From contig CAJTQX010000003.1 of NCBI GenBank assembly GCA_910578425.1, positions 8,183-72,182 on the forward strand: a stretch of DNA of 64,000 bases, read 5' to 3'. Shown one piece after another: positions 38,602 through 48,083 of the stretch (position 1 is its first letter; every line of letters begins with the position of its first letter). Both the position numbers and the translations under genes were made by a program. Under the pieces are notes generated by a model that worked only from the letters and a program-made list of their open reading frames with translations, had not been told where the DNA came from and searched no databases. The DNA is from an uncultured Anaerotignum sp. GTDB lineage: Bacteria > Bacillota > Clostridia > Lachnospirales > Anaerotignaceae.

Positions 38602-40116
38602 ATGGCGGATGAAAATAAAGTGACAGAGGTGGATTCCAAAAGCAAAAAGCTCTGGATCGCGATTCCTGTCCTGATTGCTGCGTTAGGCGCGGCAGGATTT
38701 GGATATGTCTATTTCCAAAATGAAAAAATACGGGAAGTAATGCACTCTGAGGGGATTTATCCCGGCGTGACGATTGACGGGACGGACGTTTCCGGCATGA
38801 GTACGGAGGAAGCATTGAATCTGCTGAGCGGAAAATATACAACAGAGGTGGACGGCAAAACGCTGACACTGTATTACGATACAGAGGAATGGGAAATACC
38901 GTTTGAAGCTGTAGGCGTTGGCTATGATGTGGAAAGCGCGGTAGAAAAAGCGGAACGGCTGGGACGGGAAGGTACGGAAAAGGAACGCATGAAGGCTGTC
39001 GGCGCGCTGCTCAGGAGCGGCGAAGATATTGCGGTAGAATATACATATAACAGCACGCTGCTGGATGAAAAGCTGGCGGAGGTTGCGGAGGAATTTGACC
39101 GCGAAGCCGAGGACAGTAAAATCACCCGTGCGAACGGCGCGTTTCATATTACGGAGGAAAAGGAAGGACGCGTGATGCGGCGGGCGGAAACGGCGCGGCT
39201 TTCCGCGGCTGTGCTGGAAACACAGGAAAGCGGCAGAGCGGCGATTGCGGCAGATGTGACGCAGCCGGACGTGACATATGAGGATAACCAGAACGTAACG
39301 GATTTGATTGGTTCCTTTTCTACAAGCTATTCCAACAATGACAGAAACCGGAACAATAACCTTGAGGTGGGCTGCCGGAATATCAACGGTACGATTCTCG
39401 CGCCGGGAGAGGTATTTTCTGCCAATGAAGGGCTGGGAGAACAGACTGCCGCCGGTGGCTATAAAAATGCCGCCGTATACAACAACGGCAAGGTTGAGCC
39501 GGGGATGGCGGGCGGCGTCTGTCAGGTGACGACGACCCTTTACAACGCCGCGATTATGGCGGAACTGGAAATTGTGGAACGTCACCCGCATTCCATGACG
39601 GTGGGCTATGTGCCTCTGGGGCGCGATGCGGCGGTTGCAGGAAACTATAAAGACCTGAAGATTAAGAACAACACAGAATATCCGGTTTTGATAGAAGCAT
39701 CCGCAAGCGGCGGCAAGCTGTCTATGAACATCTACGGGCATGAAACGCACAGCGCGGGCAGAAGCCTGGAATTTGAAACGGTCTACGAGGCAACGATACC
39801 TAAGCCCGCAGAAATCGTGACGGAGGACCCCGAGATGCCGGAAGGGGAACGGGAGGTTACCGCTTCGGGCAGAACAGGCTGCAAGGTCAGCGTGTATAAA
39901 AAGGTATTTGAAAATGGCAAGCAGATCAGCAAGGACTGGTTCAGCAGCTCCTCCTACCGCGCTGTGGCGGACGAGGTGAGGGTCGGCACCAAAGTGGCGG
40001 AACCTGTGGTAAGTGTGCCGGAGGAAAGCGGCTATCCCAGTTGGCTGGAGGAATACCCTTCGGATTTCTATGAGGGCTATGAGCAGAATGAAGCAGGGGA
40101 GTATCATGAGTTTTAG
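38602..40116 (+). CDS. VanW family membrane-anchored protein with PG-binding and G5-like domains
   Basis: IYPGVTIDG, PGEVFSAN, GGVCQVTTTLYNA, ERHPHS, GRDAAV. Confidence 0.9.
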   Translation: MADENKVTEVDSKSKKLWIAIPVLIAALGAAGFGYVYFQNEKIREVMHSEGIYPGVTIDGTDVSGMSTEEALNLLSGKYTTEVDGKTLTLYYDTEEWEIPFEAVGVGYDVESAVEKAERLGREGTEKERMKAVGALLRSGEDIAVEYTYNSTLLDEKLAEVAEEFDREAEDSKITRANGAFHITEEKEGRVMRRAETARLSAAVLETQESGRAAIAADVTQPDVTYEDNQNVTDLIGSFSTSYSNNDRNRNNNLEVGCRNINGTILAPGEVFSANEGLGEQTAAGGYKNAAVYNNGKVEPGMAGGVCQVTTTLYNAAIMAELEIVERHPHSMTVGYVPLGRDAAVAGNYKDLKIKNNTEYPVLIEASASGGKLSMNIYGHETHSAGRSLEFETVYEATIPKPAEIVTEDPEMPEGEREVTASGRTGCKVSVYKKVFENGKQISKDWFSSSSYRAVADEVRVGTKVAEPVVSVPEESGYPSWLEEYPSDFYEGYEQNEAGEYHEF

Positions 40117-40210
40117 GCAGTGTCGCCATGCGTCATGTATACGTATTTCTAGCATAATTTTTTCGGAAAGGCGTGTAGGCGTGTGCAGACACTTGTGACG
40201 ACACTGCCTG
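40114..40210. mobile_element. MITE-like family B, copy 2
   Basis: TAGGCAGTGTCGCCA ... TGACGACACTGCCTG; left end coincides with the VanW TAG stop. Confidence 0.78.
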
Positions 40211-40243
40211 AGAAAAAGAAGCCGTATGCAGGAGGCTGTAAGG

Positions 40244-40990
40244 ATGAAAATAGTATATATCGCTGTCCTTCTGTCTGCGGTATTCCTGTCAGCGGCATAC
40301 AGCGAAGGGCGGCCGCCTGAAGCGGAGAAAGTGACAGGGGCGGGAAATGCGGAGGAATGCTTTTGGCTGGAACCGGTTCCTGCGGATTCCATTTCCCGGA
40401 ATGTATATGACGCGCTGCGTCAGGACTGGGACGCATGGAATCAAAAAAGCGAAAAAGAAAAGATGGTTTGCAGCCAAATACCTGGATTCTGCGCGCAGAA
40501 TTTCAGCGATTGGGAAGAATGCGAGGATTTTCTGGGATTTTCCATTCCAAACCCTTTGGAGGAATGTCCCTGGCTGGAAAAAAGAAGTTATGCCAATATT
40601 CCGGACAACGTGCAGAAGGCTCCCTATATGAGGGCCACATGGACGGGAACAGAGGACGGCTATGTGAAGCATATCAGTATAAATGCTTCTTATCAGCATG
40701 AAGAGCTTGGTGTTATGCTGTCTGTTGACTTATATGGAGAAGGAGAAAAGGTGATTGTTCCGGAAGATGTGTGTCCGGTTAAACTGGGGAAACAGGATAA
40801 TCTGGAAAATGAAAACAGCCTGCCGCAGATTGTTTCAGAGGCATCGGAATGGAGTGTTTCCAGCAATGCATATTGGGCAAAGGGGATGTGCCTGTACCAT
40901 CTTTATGTTGTTGGGAAGCCTGATGCGCAAAAGCAGACGGAGGATATGCTGGAAACTGTCCTGAACTATTTTTTGGAGAATATACGCTGA
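40244..40990 (+). CDS. Hypothetical exported protein
   Basis: RBS GGAGG, N-terminal hydrophobic segment; AT-richer than neighbours. Confidence 0.65.
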   Translation: MKIVYIAVLLSAVFLSAAYSEGRPPEAEKVTGAGNAEECFWLEPVPADSISRNVYDALRQDWDAWNQKSEKEKMVCSQIPGFCAQNFSDWEECEDFLGFSIPNPLEECPWLEKRSYANIPDNVQKAPYMRATWTGTEDGYVKHISINASYQHEELGVMLSVDLYGEGEKVIVPEDVCPVKLGKQDNLENENSLPQIVSEASEWSVSSNAYWAKGMCLYHLYVVGKPDAQKQTEDMLETVLNYFLENIR

Positions 40991-41096
40991 AAAAGCGAAG
41001 GCGTGATGAAAATAAAAATGCGGAACCTCTGTTTCGGGGGCGGCTGGAGGCGGCCGATACCGGAACAGGGGTTTTTCGCGGAAAGGAAGACTGGAG

Positions 41097-42104
41097 ATGT
41101 TTGATATCGGGAAAATCCCGCCGGAAATACTGGAAAAAATCGTTATGCGGCCCATGCGGGACAGCCGCGTGAAGCGTCCGGAGGTGCTTCTGCGCCCCAA
41201 AACGGGGGAGGACTGCTCCGCTGTGGATTTCGACGGGGAGTACTGTGTGCTTTCGGCAGACCCTATTACAGGCGCGGCGGCGGATATTGGCTATCTGGCG
41301 GTGCAGATCAACTGTAATGACGTTTATGCCGCAGGGGCGGAGCCGGTCGGGCTTTTGCTGACCGTCCTTCTGCCGCCGGAAAGCGGAGAGGAGCTTTTGC
41401 AGGAAATTATGGACGGTGCGTTCCGCGGCGCGGGGGAGCGGAATGTAGAAATTCTCGGCGGGCATACAGAAGTGACGGATGCGGTATGCAAACCGCTGGT
41501 TTCGGCGGCGGTTATTGGCAGGACGCGCGGCAGGAAAATACTTTCCACAGGCGGCGCAAGGCAGGGGCAGGATATCCTTATGACAAAATGGGCAGGTACG
41601 GAGGGTACGGCGATTCTGGCGGAGGAAAAGGAAAGCCTGCTGAAAAGGCACATGACTGTGGAAGAACTGGAAAGTGCTAAGGGCTTCAAGGCATTTCTTT
41701 CTGTGGGGAAGGAATCGGAAATAGCCTTCGCGCATGGGGCAACGGCAATGCATGACGCAACGGAAGGCGGCATTTTGGGCGCGGTCTGGGAGGTTGCGGA
41801 GTGTTCTGGATGCGGCGTGGAGGTGTTCGCGGAGGAAATACCTGTCCGAAAGGAAACGGCGAAAGTCTGCGGCGCGCTGGGCATTGACCCGCTGCGGCTG
41901 ATTTCCAGCGGCACGATGGTGATTGCGGCGGATAATGGGCAGGAGCTTGCGGAAAAGCTGCGGCAGGCCGGTGTTCCGGCGGCGGTCATTGGAAGGGTAA
42001 CGGAGAGCGGGAGAGTTCTTGTTTCCGGCGGAAGGAAAATACCTCTGGAACAGCCGGAAACGGACGCGCTTTATGCCGCGCTGAAACGACAGCAGGAGCG
42101 GTAA
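41097..42104 (+). CDS. AIR synthase-related (HypE/PurM-like) family protein
   Basis: GKIPP, GEDCS, ADPITG, NDVYAAGAEP, GGHTEVT, MHDATEGG. Confidence 0.88.
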   Translation: MFDIGKIPPEILEKIVMRPMRDSRVKRPEVLLRPKTGEDCSAVDFDGEYCVLSADPITGAAADIGYLAVQINCNDVYAAGAEPVGLLLTVLLPPESGEELLQEIMDGAFRGAGERNVEILGGHTEVTDAVCKPLVSAAVIGRTRGRKILSTGGARQGQDILMTKWAGTEGTAILAEEKESLLKRHMTVEELESAKGFKAFLSVGKESEIAFAHGATAMHDATEGGILGAVWEVAECSGCGVEVFAEEIPVRKETAKVCGALGIDPLRLISSGTMVIAADNGQELAEKLRQAGVPAAVIGRVTESGRVLVSGGRKIPLEQPETDALYAALKRQQER

Positions 42105-42122
42105 TAACGATACAATGAGAAG

Positions 42123-42170
42123 CAAACAGGCTCCGCATAGCTGGAAATTCGCTGTGCGGAGCCTGTTTTT
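42123..42170. terminator. Bidirectional terminator
   Basis: AAACAGGCTCCGCATAGC..GCTGTGCGGAGCCTGTTT. Confidence 0.8.
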
Positions 42171-42258
42171 AATCCAAAAGGTTACGGTTTTTCATGCTTT
42201 CGATTGCGTGAATCGTACACGCGAAGCCTGCAATCAATGCAAACATAACGATTCTCAT
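42169..42258 (-). CDS. Small 29-aa hydrophobic peptide MRIVMFALIAGFACTIHAIESMKNRNLLD (not in the ORF track)
   Basis: RBS GGAGGT 6 nt before ATG; TAA stop directly followed by a terminator. Confidence 0.55.
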   Translation of the reverse strand: MRIVMFALIAGFACTIHAIESMKNRNLLD

Positions 42259-42339
42259 GTTTTAACCTCCAGAAAATCCGGGGGATTGCGGTTGACGCAG
42301 GGGCAGCCCCCCGCTGAGGGGGAACGCCCTGCGCATTTT

Positions 42340-43206
42340 TTACCCGTTCAGCAGTTGTTCCAGCACAGCCAGCAGGGGCGTTTCCGTATCTGTCCGACAG
42401 TACCCCGCGCCGCGCCGCCAGCAAAATTCACGCAGGGCAGATTCCTGCTGGCGCAAAGCCTGTTTATAGGCGGAAACGGCATGTTCGGAAAGTTCCAGAT
42501 CCCGCGTTTCGCCCGTTTCACTGTCCACTAGGCGTACCATACCGCCCTTCTGCGGTTCGATTTCCTCCGGCGTCAATATGCGCAGAAGATACACCTCCTG
42601 TTTTTTCTCCTGAAGAAGCTTTACAGCATCCCAGGGAGCCTGTTCGGAAAGAAAATCTGACAGAATGATGGAAACGCCGCGTCCCAGCCCGCTCCTTTCG
42701 CGGATTGCCCGCAGGTAATCCGTTCCGCCGCCGAGCTCCAGCCCCTCCAGAAAGTCCAGCGTTTCGGCGAGCTGTCCCTTTTTTGTGACGCCCTGCTTCT
42801 GCGCCCCGGCTTTCTCTCCAAAAGCGAAAATCTGTGTCCGGTCGCCGCCGCCAGCCGCAATATACGCCAGAGACGCGGCAAGGGCCTTTGCCATTACTGC
42901 TTTCCCACCGAAATCCATAGATTTGCTGGTATCCAGAAAAAGATTGACTGCCGCCTGTTTTTCTTCCAGAAACAGCTTCAAATAGAGCTTATCAAAACGA
43001 CCGTAGCCGTTCCAGTCTACCCGCCGAAGGTCGTCCCCCGGGATATATTCGCGGAAATCGGAAAATTCCAGAGAACTGCCCTTTGCGGAGGATTTGCGTC
43101 CGCCGCTGTACCCGACCGCGCCGAGCCTTTCTGTCAGCCCGATGGAAAGGCGTTCCAGCTTTGCGATGTATTCCTTTGTGAAAATGGTTTTCAAATCCTC
43201 CATCAT
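42340..43206 (-). CDS. DUF58 domain protein
   Basis: GSSLEFSDFREYIPGDDLRRVDW, LDTSKSM, LSDF. Confidence 0.9.
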   Translation of the reverse strand: MMEDLKTIFTKEYIAKLERLSIGLTERLGAVGYSGGRKSSAKGSSLEFSDFREYIPGDDLRRVDWNGYGRFDKLYLKLFLEEKQAAVNLFLDTSKSMDFGGKAVMAKALAASLAYIAAGGGDRTQIFAFGEKAGAQKQGVTKKGQLAETLDFLEGLELGGGTDYLRAIRERSGLGRGVSIILSDFLSEQAPWDAVKLLQEKKQEVYLLRILTPEEIEPQKGGMVRLVDSETGETRDLELSEHAVSAYKQALRQQESALREFCWRRGAGYCRTDTETPLLAVLEQLLNG

Positions 43207-44162
43207 AACAACGCCTCGATGATTCCGTCTACGGTTTTTCCTTCCGCAATGCCTTCAAAATTCAAAAACAGTCTGTGACGCAGGGCAGGCTTTGCCGCCG
43301 CCCTGACGTCCTCATAGGAAACATTATAGCGTCCTTCTGTCAGGGCCAGTATGCGTGCCGCCTGCATGATTGCCTGAGCACCTCTGGGGCTTGCGCCGTA
43401 GCGGATGTACTTCTTTACATCCTCCGGCGCGCCTTCGTATTCAGGGTGTGTTTTCAGCGTGACTTCCATCATATAATCCGCCACAGGCTCTGCAATGGGG
43501 ACTGTCTGCGCAATGCGCCGCAGTTCCAGCAGCTTCGTGCCGTCGCAGACCTTCTGCGGTTCCTGCTGGTCTTCTGTTGTTGTCATCATTACGATTTTGA
43601 GCAGCTCCTCTTTATTGGGGAAACCGACGTCCAGCTTGAACAAAAACCTGTCCATCTGCGCTTCGGGCAGGGGGTAAGTGCCTTCGCTTTCCAGCGGGTT
43701 CTGTGTTGCCAGCACAAAAAACGGTTCCGGCAGAGCATAGGTCGAGCTGCCGCCTGTGACGGTATGCTCCTGCATGGCTTCCAGCAACGCGCTCTGCGTT
43801 TTGGGCGTGGCGCGGTTGATCTCGTCTGCCAGAACAATATTGGAAAATATGGGTCCCTGCCGGAACTCCATACGCATCCCCTCTCCGTCCTTTATCATAA
43901 CGGATGTACCCGTAACATCGGCAGGCATGAGGTCAGGCGTGAACTGTATCCGCGAGAACTGCAGGTCCAACACTTTCCCGATGGTTTTTACCAGCTGGGT
44001 TTTGCCCAGGCCGGGCAGCCCCTCCAACAGCACGTTCCCGCCGGCAACCATTGCGGTCAGTACGTCCCGTATCAATGCTTTCTGCCCAATGATGGCTTTG
44101 CCGATTTCCTGCTCTATTGCTTCAAAATCCTGCCGGAAAGCGAGGATAGCTTCTTCTGTCAT
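43203..44162 (-). CDS. MoxR family AAA+ ATPase
   Basis: GLPGLGKT, RIQFTPDLMPAD, DEINRATPKTQSALLE, ATQNPLE, DRF. Confidence 0.95.
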   Translation of the reverse strand: MTEEAILAFRQDFEAIEQEIGKAIIGQKALIRDVLTAMVAGGNVLLEGLPGLGKTQLVKTIGKVLDLQFSRIQFTPDLMPADVTGTSVMIKDGEGMRMEFRQGPIFSNIVLADEINRATPKTQSALLEAMQEHTVTGGSSTYALPEPFFVLATQNPLESEGTYPLPEAQMDRFLFKLDVGFPNKEELLKIVMMTTTEDQQEPQKVCDGTKLLELRRIAQTVPIAEPVADYMMEVTLKTHPEYEGAPEDVKKYIRYGASPRGAQAIMQAARILALTEGRYNVSYEDVRAAAKPALRHRLFLNFEGIAEGKTVDGIIEALL

Positions 44163-44461
44163 ACGTGTTGCTCCTCTCTGTTTTGTTTTACTGCTTCAAT
44201 TATAAAACGATTTTTCCCGCAGCGTCAATGAAAGAGGGAAAATGTAAGGGTTTCCACAGAAAAAATTTCGTTTTTCTTAAAAAACGGGGGGACAAAGTGC
44301 TTTGTGCGCATTTTCATGAAACAATGGAAACGCTATTGTACTTTTTTAAGGTTTATGGTATCATGTTTTACATAAATACTGTCAAAGTTTTCTGCGGGGC
44401 AATGCCGCGCAGACAGTTCGGAAACGGAAAAAACGGCAGGAAAGCGGAGGAAAAAAGCGGG

Positions 44462-45592
44462 ATGAACATGGTTGGTTCCAGTGCCTTCAGGGAAGGACGA
44501 AAAGAGATTGCGGATAAATTACTGCGCCGCCATTTCTTAGCGGGAGTGGGAATGGCTTTTTTGATTGCTGTTTTGGAAGTCGTGCTGTATTTTGTGGAGG
44601 AGAGCGCGGGGCTGCTCCAAAACAGTCAGACGGCGTATTTGTACAGGTGCGTGCTGCTGCCGACAGGCCTGGATATTATCGCCATATGTATTGTTCTGGG
44701 CGTCTGGCGGTATATGAAAAACAACCGCGTAATGGCGTATGCAGTATCGCTGATGCACATGTTTTTTGCGTTTATCGTGTATTCCACACACATCCAGTTT
44801 CCTTCCCTGTATATCTTTTTTGCGATTGCAATACTGTTGACAACAGCATACGGCGATGTAGTTATGACAAGCATCGTGACAGCTCTGAGCATTATTCTGA
44901 AAATCATTTCGGATATCAGTCCTGCGGCGTATCCGATACGCTCGCTTTCCTCGGCGATAGATTTTCGGCTGGAACGCCAGAACTTCATCGTATCGCTGAT
45001 TGCGCTGGGGACGTTTTACCTGATCTGCCTTGTGATGATTGCCATTGAACGGGAAAAAAATGCGCTCAGCATACAGCAGGAGCGGGAAAATGTTCAGCTT
45101 TTCCAGAAAATCATGACCGATACGCTGACGGGTGTGCATAACCGCAACGCGCTCCGCCTGAGCTTTGACAGGGTGATTGCAGATAAAACGGATACGGAAT
45201 ATATTCTTGCAATGCTGGATATTGATTATTTTAAGAATGTAAACGATACCTATGGGCATCTGGTCGGAGATTCCTACCTACAGGAGCTTGGCAAGGTGCT
45301 GGACCATGTGCCGGACGCAGAAGCATTCCGCTTCGGCGGGGACGAGTTCTGCCTGCTTTTTATGGGCTGCACCCGAAAACAGGTGGAGGAACGCTGCCGC
45401 GCGGCGCAGGAAAAATTTCTTGGGAATGACCTTTGCAGGAAATACGCTGAAGTGAACGTCAGCTTTGGGCTGGCGCAGTATGATGGTAAAATCACCCCTT
45501 CGGAATGGGTGCAGCGCGCAGACCACGCGCTTTATGAAGCGAAGAAAAACCGCGGCTCAATCTGCTTCTACCAGCCGGAGGAAACGGAGTAA
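44462..45592 (+). CDS. Membrane-bound diguanylate cyclase (GGDEF)
   Basis: Multiple TM helices; DTLTG, DIDYFKNVNDTYGH, RFGGDEF. Confidence 0.9.
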   Translation: MNMVGSSAFREGRKEIADKLLRRHFLAGVGMAFLIAVLEVVLYFVEESAGLLQNSQTAYLYRCVLLPTGLDIIAICIVLGVWRYMKNNRVMAYAVSLMHMFFAFIVYSTHIQFPSLYIFFAIAILLTTAYGDVVMTSIVTALSIILKIISDISPAAYPIRSLSSAIDFRLERQNFIVSLIALGTFYLICLVMIAIEREKNALSIQQERENVQLFQKIMTDTLTGVHNRNALRLSFDRVIADKTDTEYILAMLDIDYFKNVNDTYGHLVGDSYLQELGKVLDHVPDAEAFRFGGDEFCLLFMGCTRKQVEERCRAAQEKFLGNDLCRKYAEVNVSFGLAQYDGKITPSEWVQRADHALYEAKKNRGSICFYQPEETE

Positions 45593-45604
45593 CAGGAAAA
45601 TAAT

Positions 45605-45643
45605 AAGAAAAGCGGCTTTCTCAATATGGAAAAGCCGCTTTTC
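45605..45643. terminator. Bidirectional terminator
   Basis: GAAAAGCGGCTTT..AAAGCCGCTTTTC. Confidence 0.75.
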
Positions 45644-45644
45644 G

Positions 45645-45872
45645 TTATTCATCTTTTCCGACTGCAAAAATGACAACAGAGGCAATGATAATGCATACCG
45701 TCAGCAACAATGCGGCTATGCATGGGTCGCTTTTTGCATAATACCATGAGTTTGTATACCATGAGCCGCCGGAAATTTTATCTAAAGCCTGTATTATGCT
45801 CAGCGTGTAAATTTCCAGAGACAGGCAAAGCCCGCCCCCAATCATTCCCATTAACCCAATTGATTTTTTCAT
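45645..45872 (-). CDS. Small two-TM hypothetical protein
   Basis: 75 aa, two hydrophobic segments, purine-rich RBS. Confidence 0.6.
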   Translation of the reverse strand: MKKSIGLMGMIGGGLCLSLEIYTLSIIQALDKISGGSWYTNSWYYAKSDPCIAALLLTVCIIIASVVIFAVGKDE

Positions 45873-45921
45873 GTATCTTCCCCCATTCCCTGAAAAGCTT
45901 TTATCCGATATATGTATCCCC

Positions 45922-46605
45922 TCATTCAGCGAAGGTATAAAATCCAGCGCAGATTTCCTCTTTGTGTGCCAGCAGAGCTTCATATTCTGCTTTCTGTTCC
46001 ACATTGGCAGGGTCATACTGCACGTCAGAGGCGTTTACGCAGAGCCAGACTGCATTGTTATCCCTGTAGATTTCCGCGTAGGGGACTGCAAAATTTTCTC
46101 TGACTTCATTCTCCCAGTCCTGCAAAGAAAACCGCACCAGAGAAAACACAAGCATTTCGTCCGATGGGTCATAAAAATGAAGCATTGCGGCTACGTCATT
46201 CTGGCTCTCCAAAACATGAAAGCTGTCTTTCGCGCAGCTCTCCGGCAGGAATACACCCGCTCGCAGACTGCCGCTTTCATAGAGAATATGGTCTTTGCTC
46301 ATAAAATACGCCGTTTTTGTATTTCCGTTCCAGCGCATTTCCAGACCGGCCTGCTCTGCGGCAGCCTGCACAAGGGGAAGGGCCGTACTGCCGCTTTCCG
46401 CCGTAATGCCGCACTGCGCCGCCATCTGCCGCACCGGAAGCATGACAATATTATTTTTCTCAAATATATGCCCAATGTTTCGTTCTGCCTGCATTTCTCC
46501 GTTTACCACCATGGTTGTATGCTCCATAGCAAGCACCTGCGCATTTGCGGCAAATGCCGGCACTGTGAACAGGCACGCCGCCAGCATGAAAAGCCATTTT
46601 TTCAT
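45922..46605 (-). CDS. Secreted protein with copper-amine-oxidase N-terminal (stalk)-like motif
   Basis: Signal peptide ..PAFA; MLPVRQMAAQCG and WNGNTKTA motifs. Confidence 0.6.
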   Translation of the reverse strand: MKKWLFMLAACLFTVPAFAANAQVLAMEHTTMVVNGEMQAERNIGHIFEKNNIVMLPVRQMAAQCGITAESGSTALPLVQAAAEQAGLEMRWNGNTKTAYFMSKDHILYESGSLRAGVFLPESCAKDSFHVLESQNDVAAMLHFYDPSDEMLVFSLVRFSLQDWENEVRENFAVPYAEIYRDNNAVWLCVNASDVQYDPANVEQKAEYEALLAHKEEICAGFYTFAE

Positions 46606-46659
46606 GTTATACCCTCCGTATATCTCTGTTTTAAGGTCTGTTCAGACGGTTCAGACGGT

Positions 46660-46923
46660 TCAGGGTCTATCCTGCCAGTTGTTGATTGTCCGAATGATTT
46701 CAGCGTGGATACGCTCCACTTCCTCAATCCTGACCGCTGAAATCCTCCGGCATTCTGCTTCAAAATCAATTCCCGGAAACAGCTTTCTCAGCAGACGGTT
46801 TATCTCAGGCGATGCGCCCCTGCCTGCTTTTACCAGCTCCGATGCCGGAAACAGGCTGAGGGCGGATTTTAAGACCGACTGTTCCACATTTTTGATTTCT
46901 TCAAAACTCCTGATTTTTTTCAC
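46660..46923 (-). CDS. Stand-alone FliG C-terminal domain-like protein (87 aa)
   Basis: GTG start with RBS GGAGG; SFEEI..L..A..GASPE..VRIEEVE....II pattern resembles the FliG C-terminus. Confidence 0.55.
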   Translation of the reverse strand: MKKIRSFEEIKNVEQSVLKSALSLFPASELVKAGRGASPEINRLLRKLFPGIDFEAECRRISAVRIEEVERIHAEIIRTINNWQDRP

Positions 46924-46946
46924 TTCCGTCTGCCCTCCTGCAGCAG

Positions 46947-48083
46947 TTACTCTGTTCCAAGCAGGATTTCGACGCGGCGGTATGTTGCGCCGACTTCCTC
47001 CTGCCCCTGTGTCTGCCATTCGATTTCGCCAATTGTGCCCAGCTCTGACAAAAACGCCCCTAAATTTTCCACAGGGATCATGACGGAAATGCTGGAGCCG
47101 TTCGCGCTTTCTTCAAAACCTGCATAATCTTCTGCCGCCTGAAGCACAGAGCCATATACGTCCGTACCGCTGTTCTGCGGGCGCAGCTTCAGCAGATCAC
47201 CCGATTTGGGCTCTGCCGCAGAATACGGCGTAATGCTGCTGTCAGAACTGCTGTTCTCTGTGGATTCCGTTTCGTCTGCGGCTTTTGCCAGGACGGGTGC
47301 CGCCGGTGGAGCAGCAGGAGCAGACAGCGATGCGGTTTCCGGCACAGGTGTAGAGCGAAGCATAAGGTTCGGTGTGCTTTCCGGCTCGGGCTGTGCAGGT
47401 TCCTGCGGCGCGGTGTGTGCCGCCTCATTTGTCATGGGTTGCGCCGTTTCTTCCGGTGCGGGCATATTTTCCACATCTGCTTTCTGCGTCTGCACTGTTT
47501 CCTCCGTACCGCCTGCTGCCGGAATAGGCGCGGCAGCGTCTTCCGGCAAAGCGTCTGTTTGTATGCTTTCCGCTCCGCCTTCGTCAGGCAGGTTTGACGT
47601 AAGCTGCACAGGTTCCGGCGGGGTTTGGCGCATGTTCATAACGCCGCTGATTCCTCCGGCTGCCGCAACGACCAGAACAGCCGCCGCGATAAGGCTCAGC
47701 CCTTTCCAGCTGTGCCGCTGTTTTTTGCCTCGTTCTTTTTCTGCTTTGGCTTTTTGCAGAATCTCTGTTTTCCGCACGACCTTCCACTCCACAGGGGGTG
47801 TGCTGACATGATTCGGCAATATTGCCGTTTCGTTCGATTCCTCTGTTTCCTCCGCCAAAGAGCCAGCCGCCGCAATTTTCTGCATCAGTTCTGCATGGTA
47901 GCCCTCCGGCAGCTCCGCTTCGGGGAGGGAACGCAGCGTTTCCATAACGGCCATATGCTGTGACGCGGCTTTTCGACATTCCGGGCATTCCGCCAGATGC
48001 GCCTTGATTTCCGCGGATTCTTCCGGCGTTGTTTCCCACTCCATATAGATCCAGAGAAGTTCCCTGCATTCTTCACACTTCAT
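46947..48083 (-). CDS. Zinc-finger (HxxxCxxC) anti-sigma factor with TM helix and Pro/Ala/Glu-rich extracytoplasmic region
   Basis: MKCEEC..HLAECPEC; TM LIAAAVLVVAAAG; overlaps sigma gene. Confidence 0.88.
   Translation of the reverse strand: MKCEECRELLWIYMEWETTPEESAEIKAHLAECPECRKAASQHMAVMETLRSLPEAELPEGYHAELMQKIAAAGSLAEETEESNETAILPNHVSTPPVEWKVVRKTEILQKAKAEKERGKKQRHSWKGLSLIAAAVLVVAAAGGISGVMNMRQTPPEPVQLTSNLPDEGGAESIQTDALPEDAAAPIPAAGGTEETVQTQKADVENMPAPEETAQPMTNEAAHTAPQEPAQPEPESTPNLMLRSTPVPETASLSAPAAPPAAPVLAKAADETESTENSSSDSSITPYSAAEPKSGDLLKLRPQNSGTDVYGSVLQAAEDYAGFEESANGSSISVMIPVENLGAFLSELGTIGEIEWQTQGQEEVGATYRRVEILLGTE

Noticed and set aside
38683..40392. 569-aa minus-strand ORF
   Set aside because: Antisense shadow of the VanW-family gene
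46640..46664. GTTCAGACG repeated about 2.7 times
   Set aside because: Too short; probably slippage at a gene end
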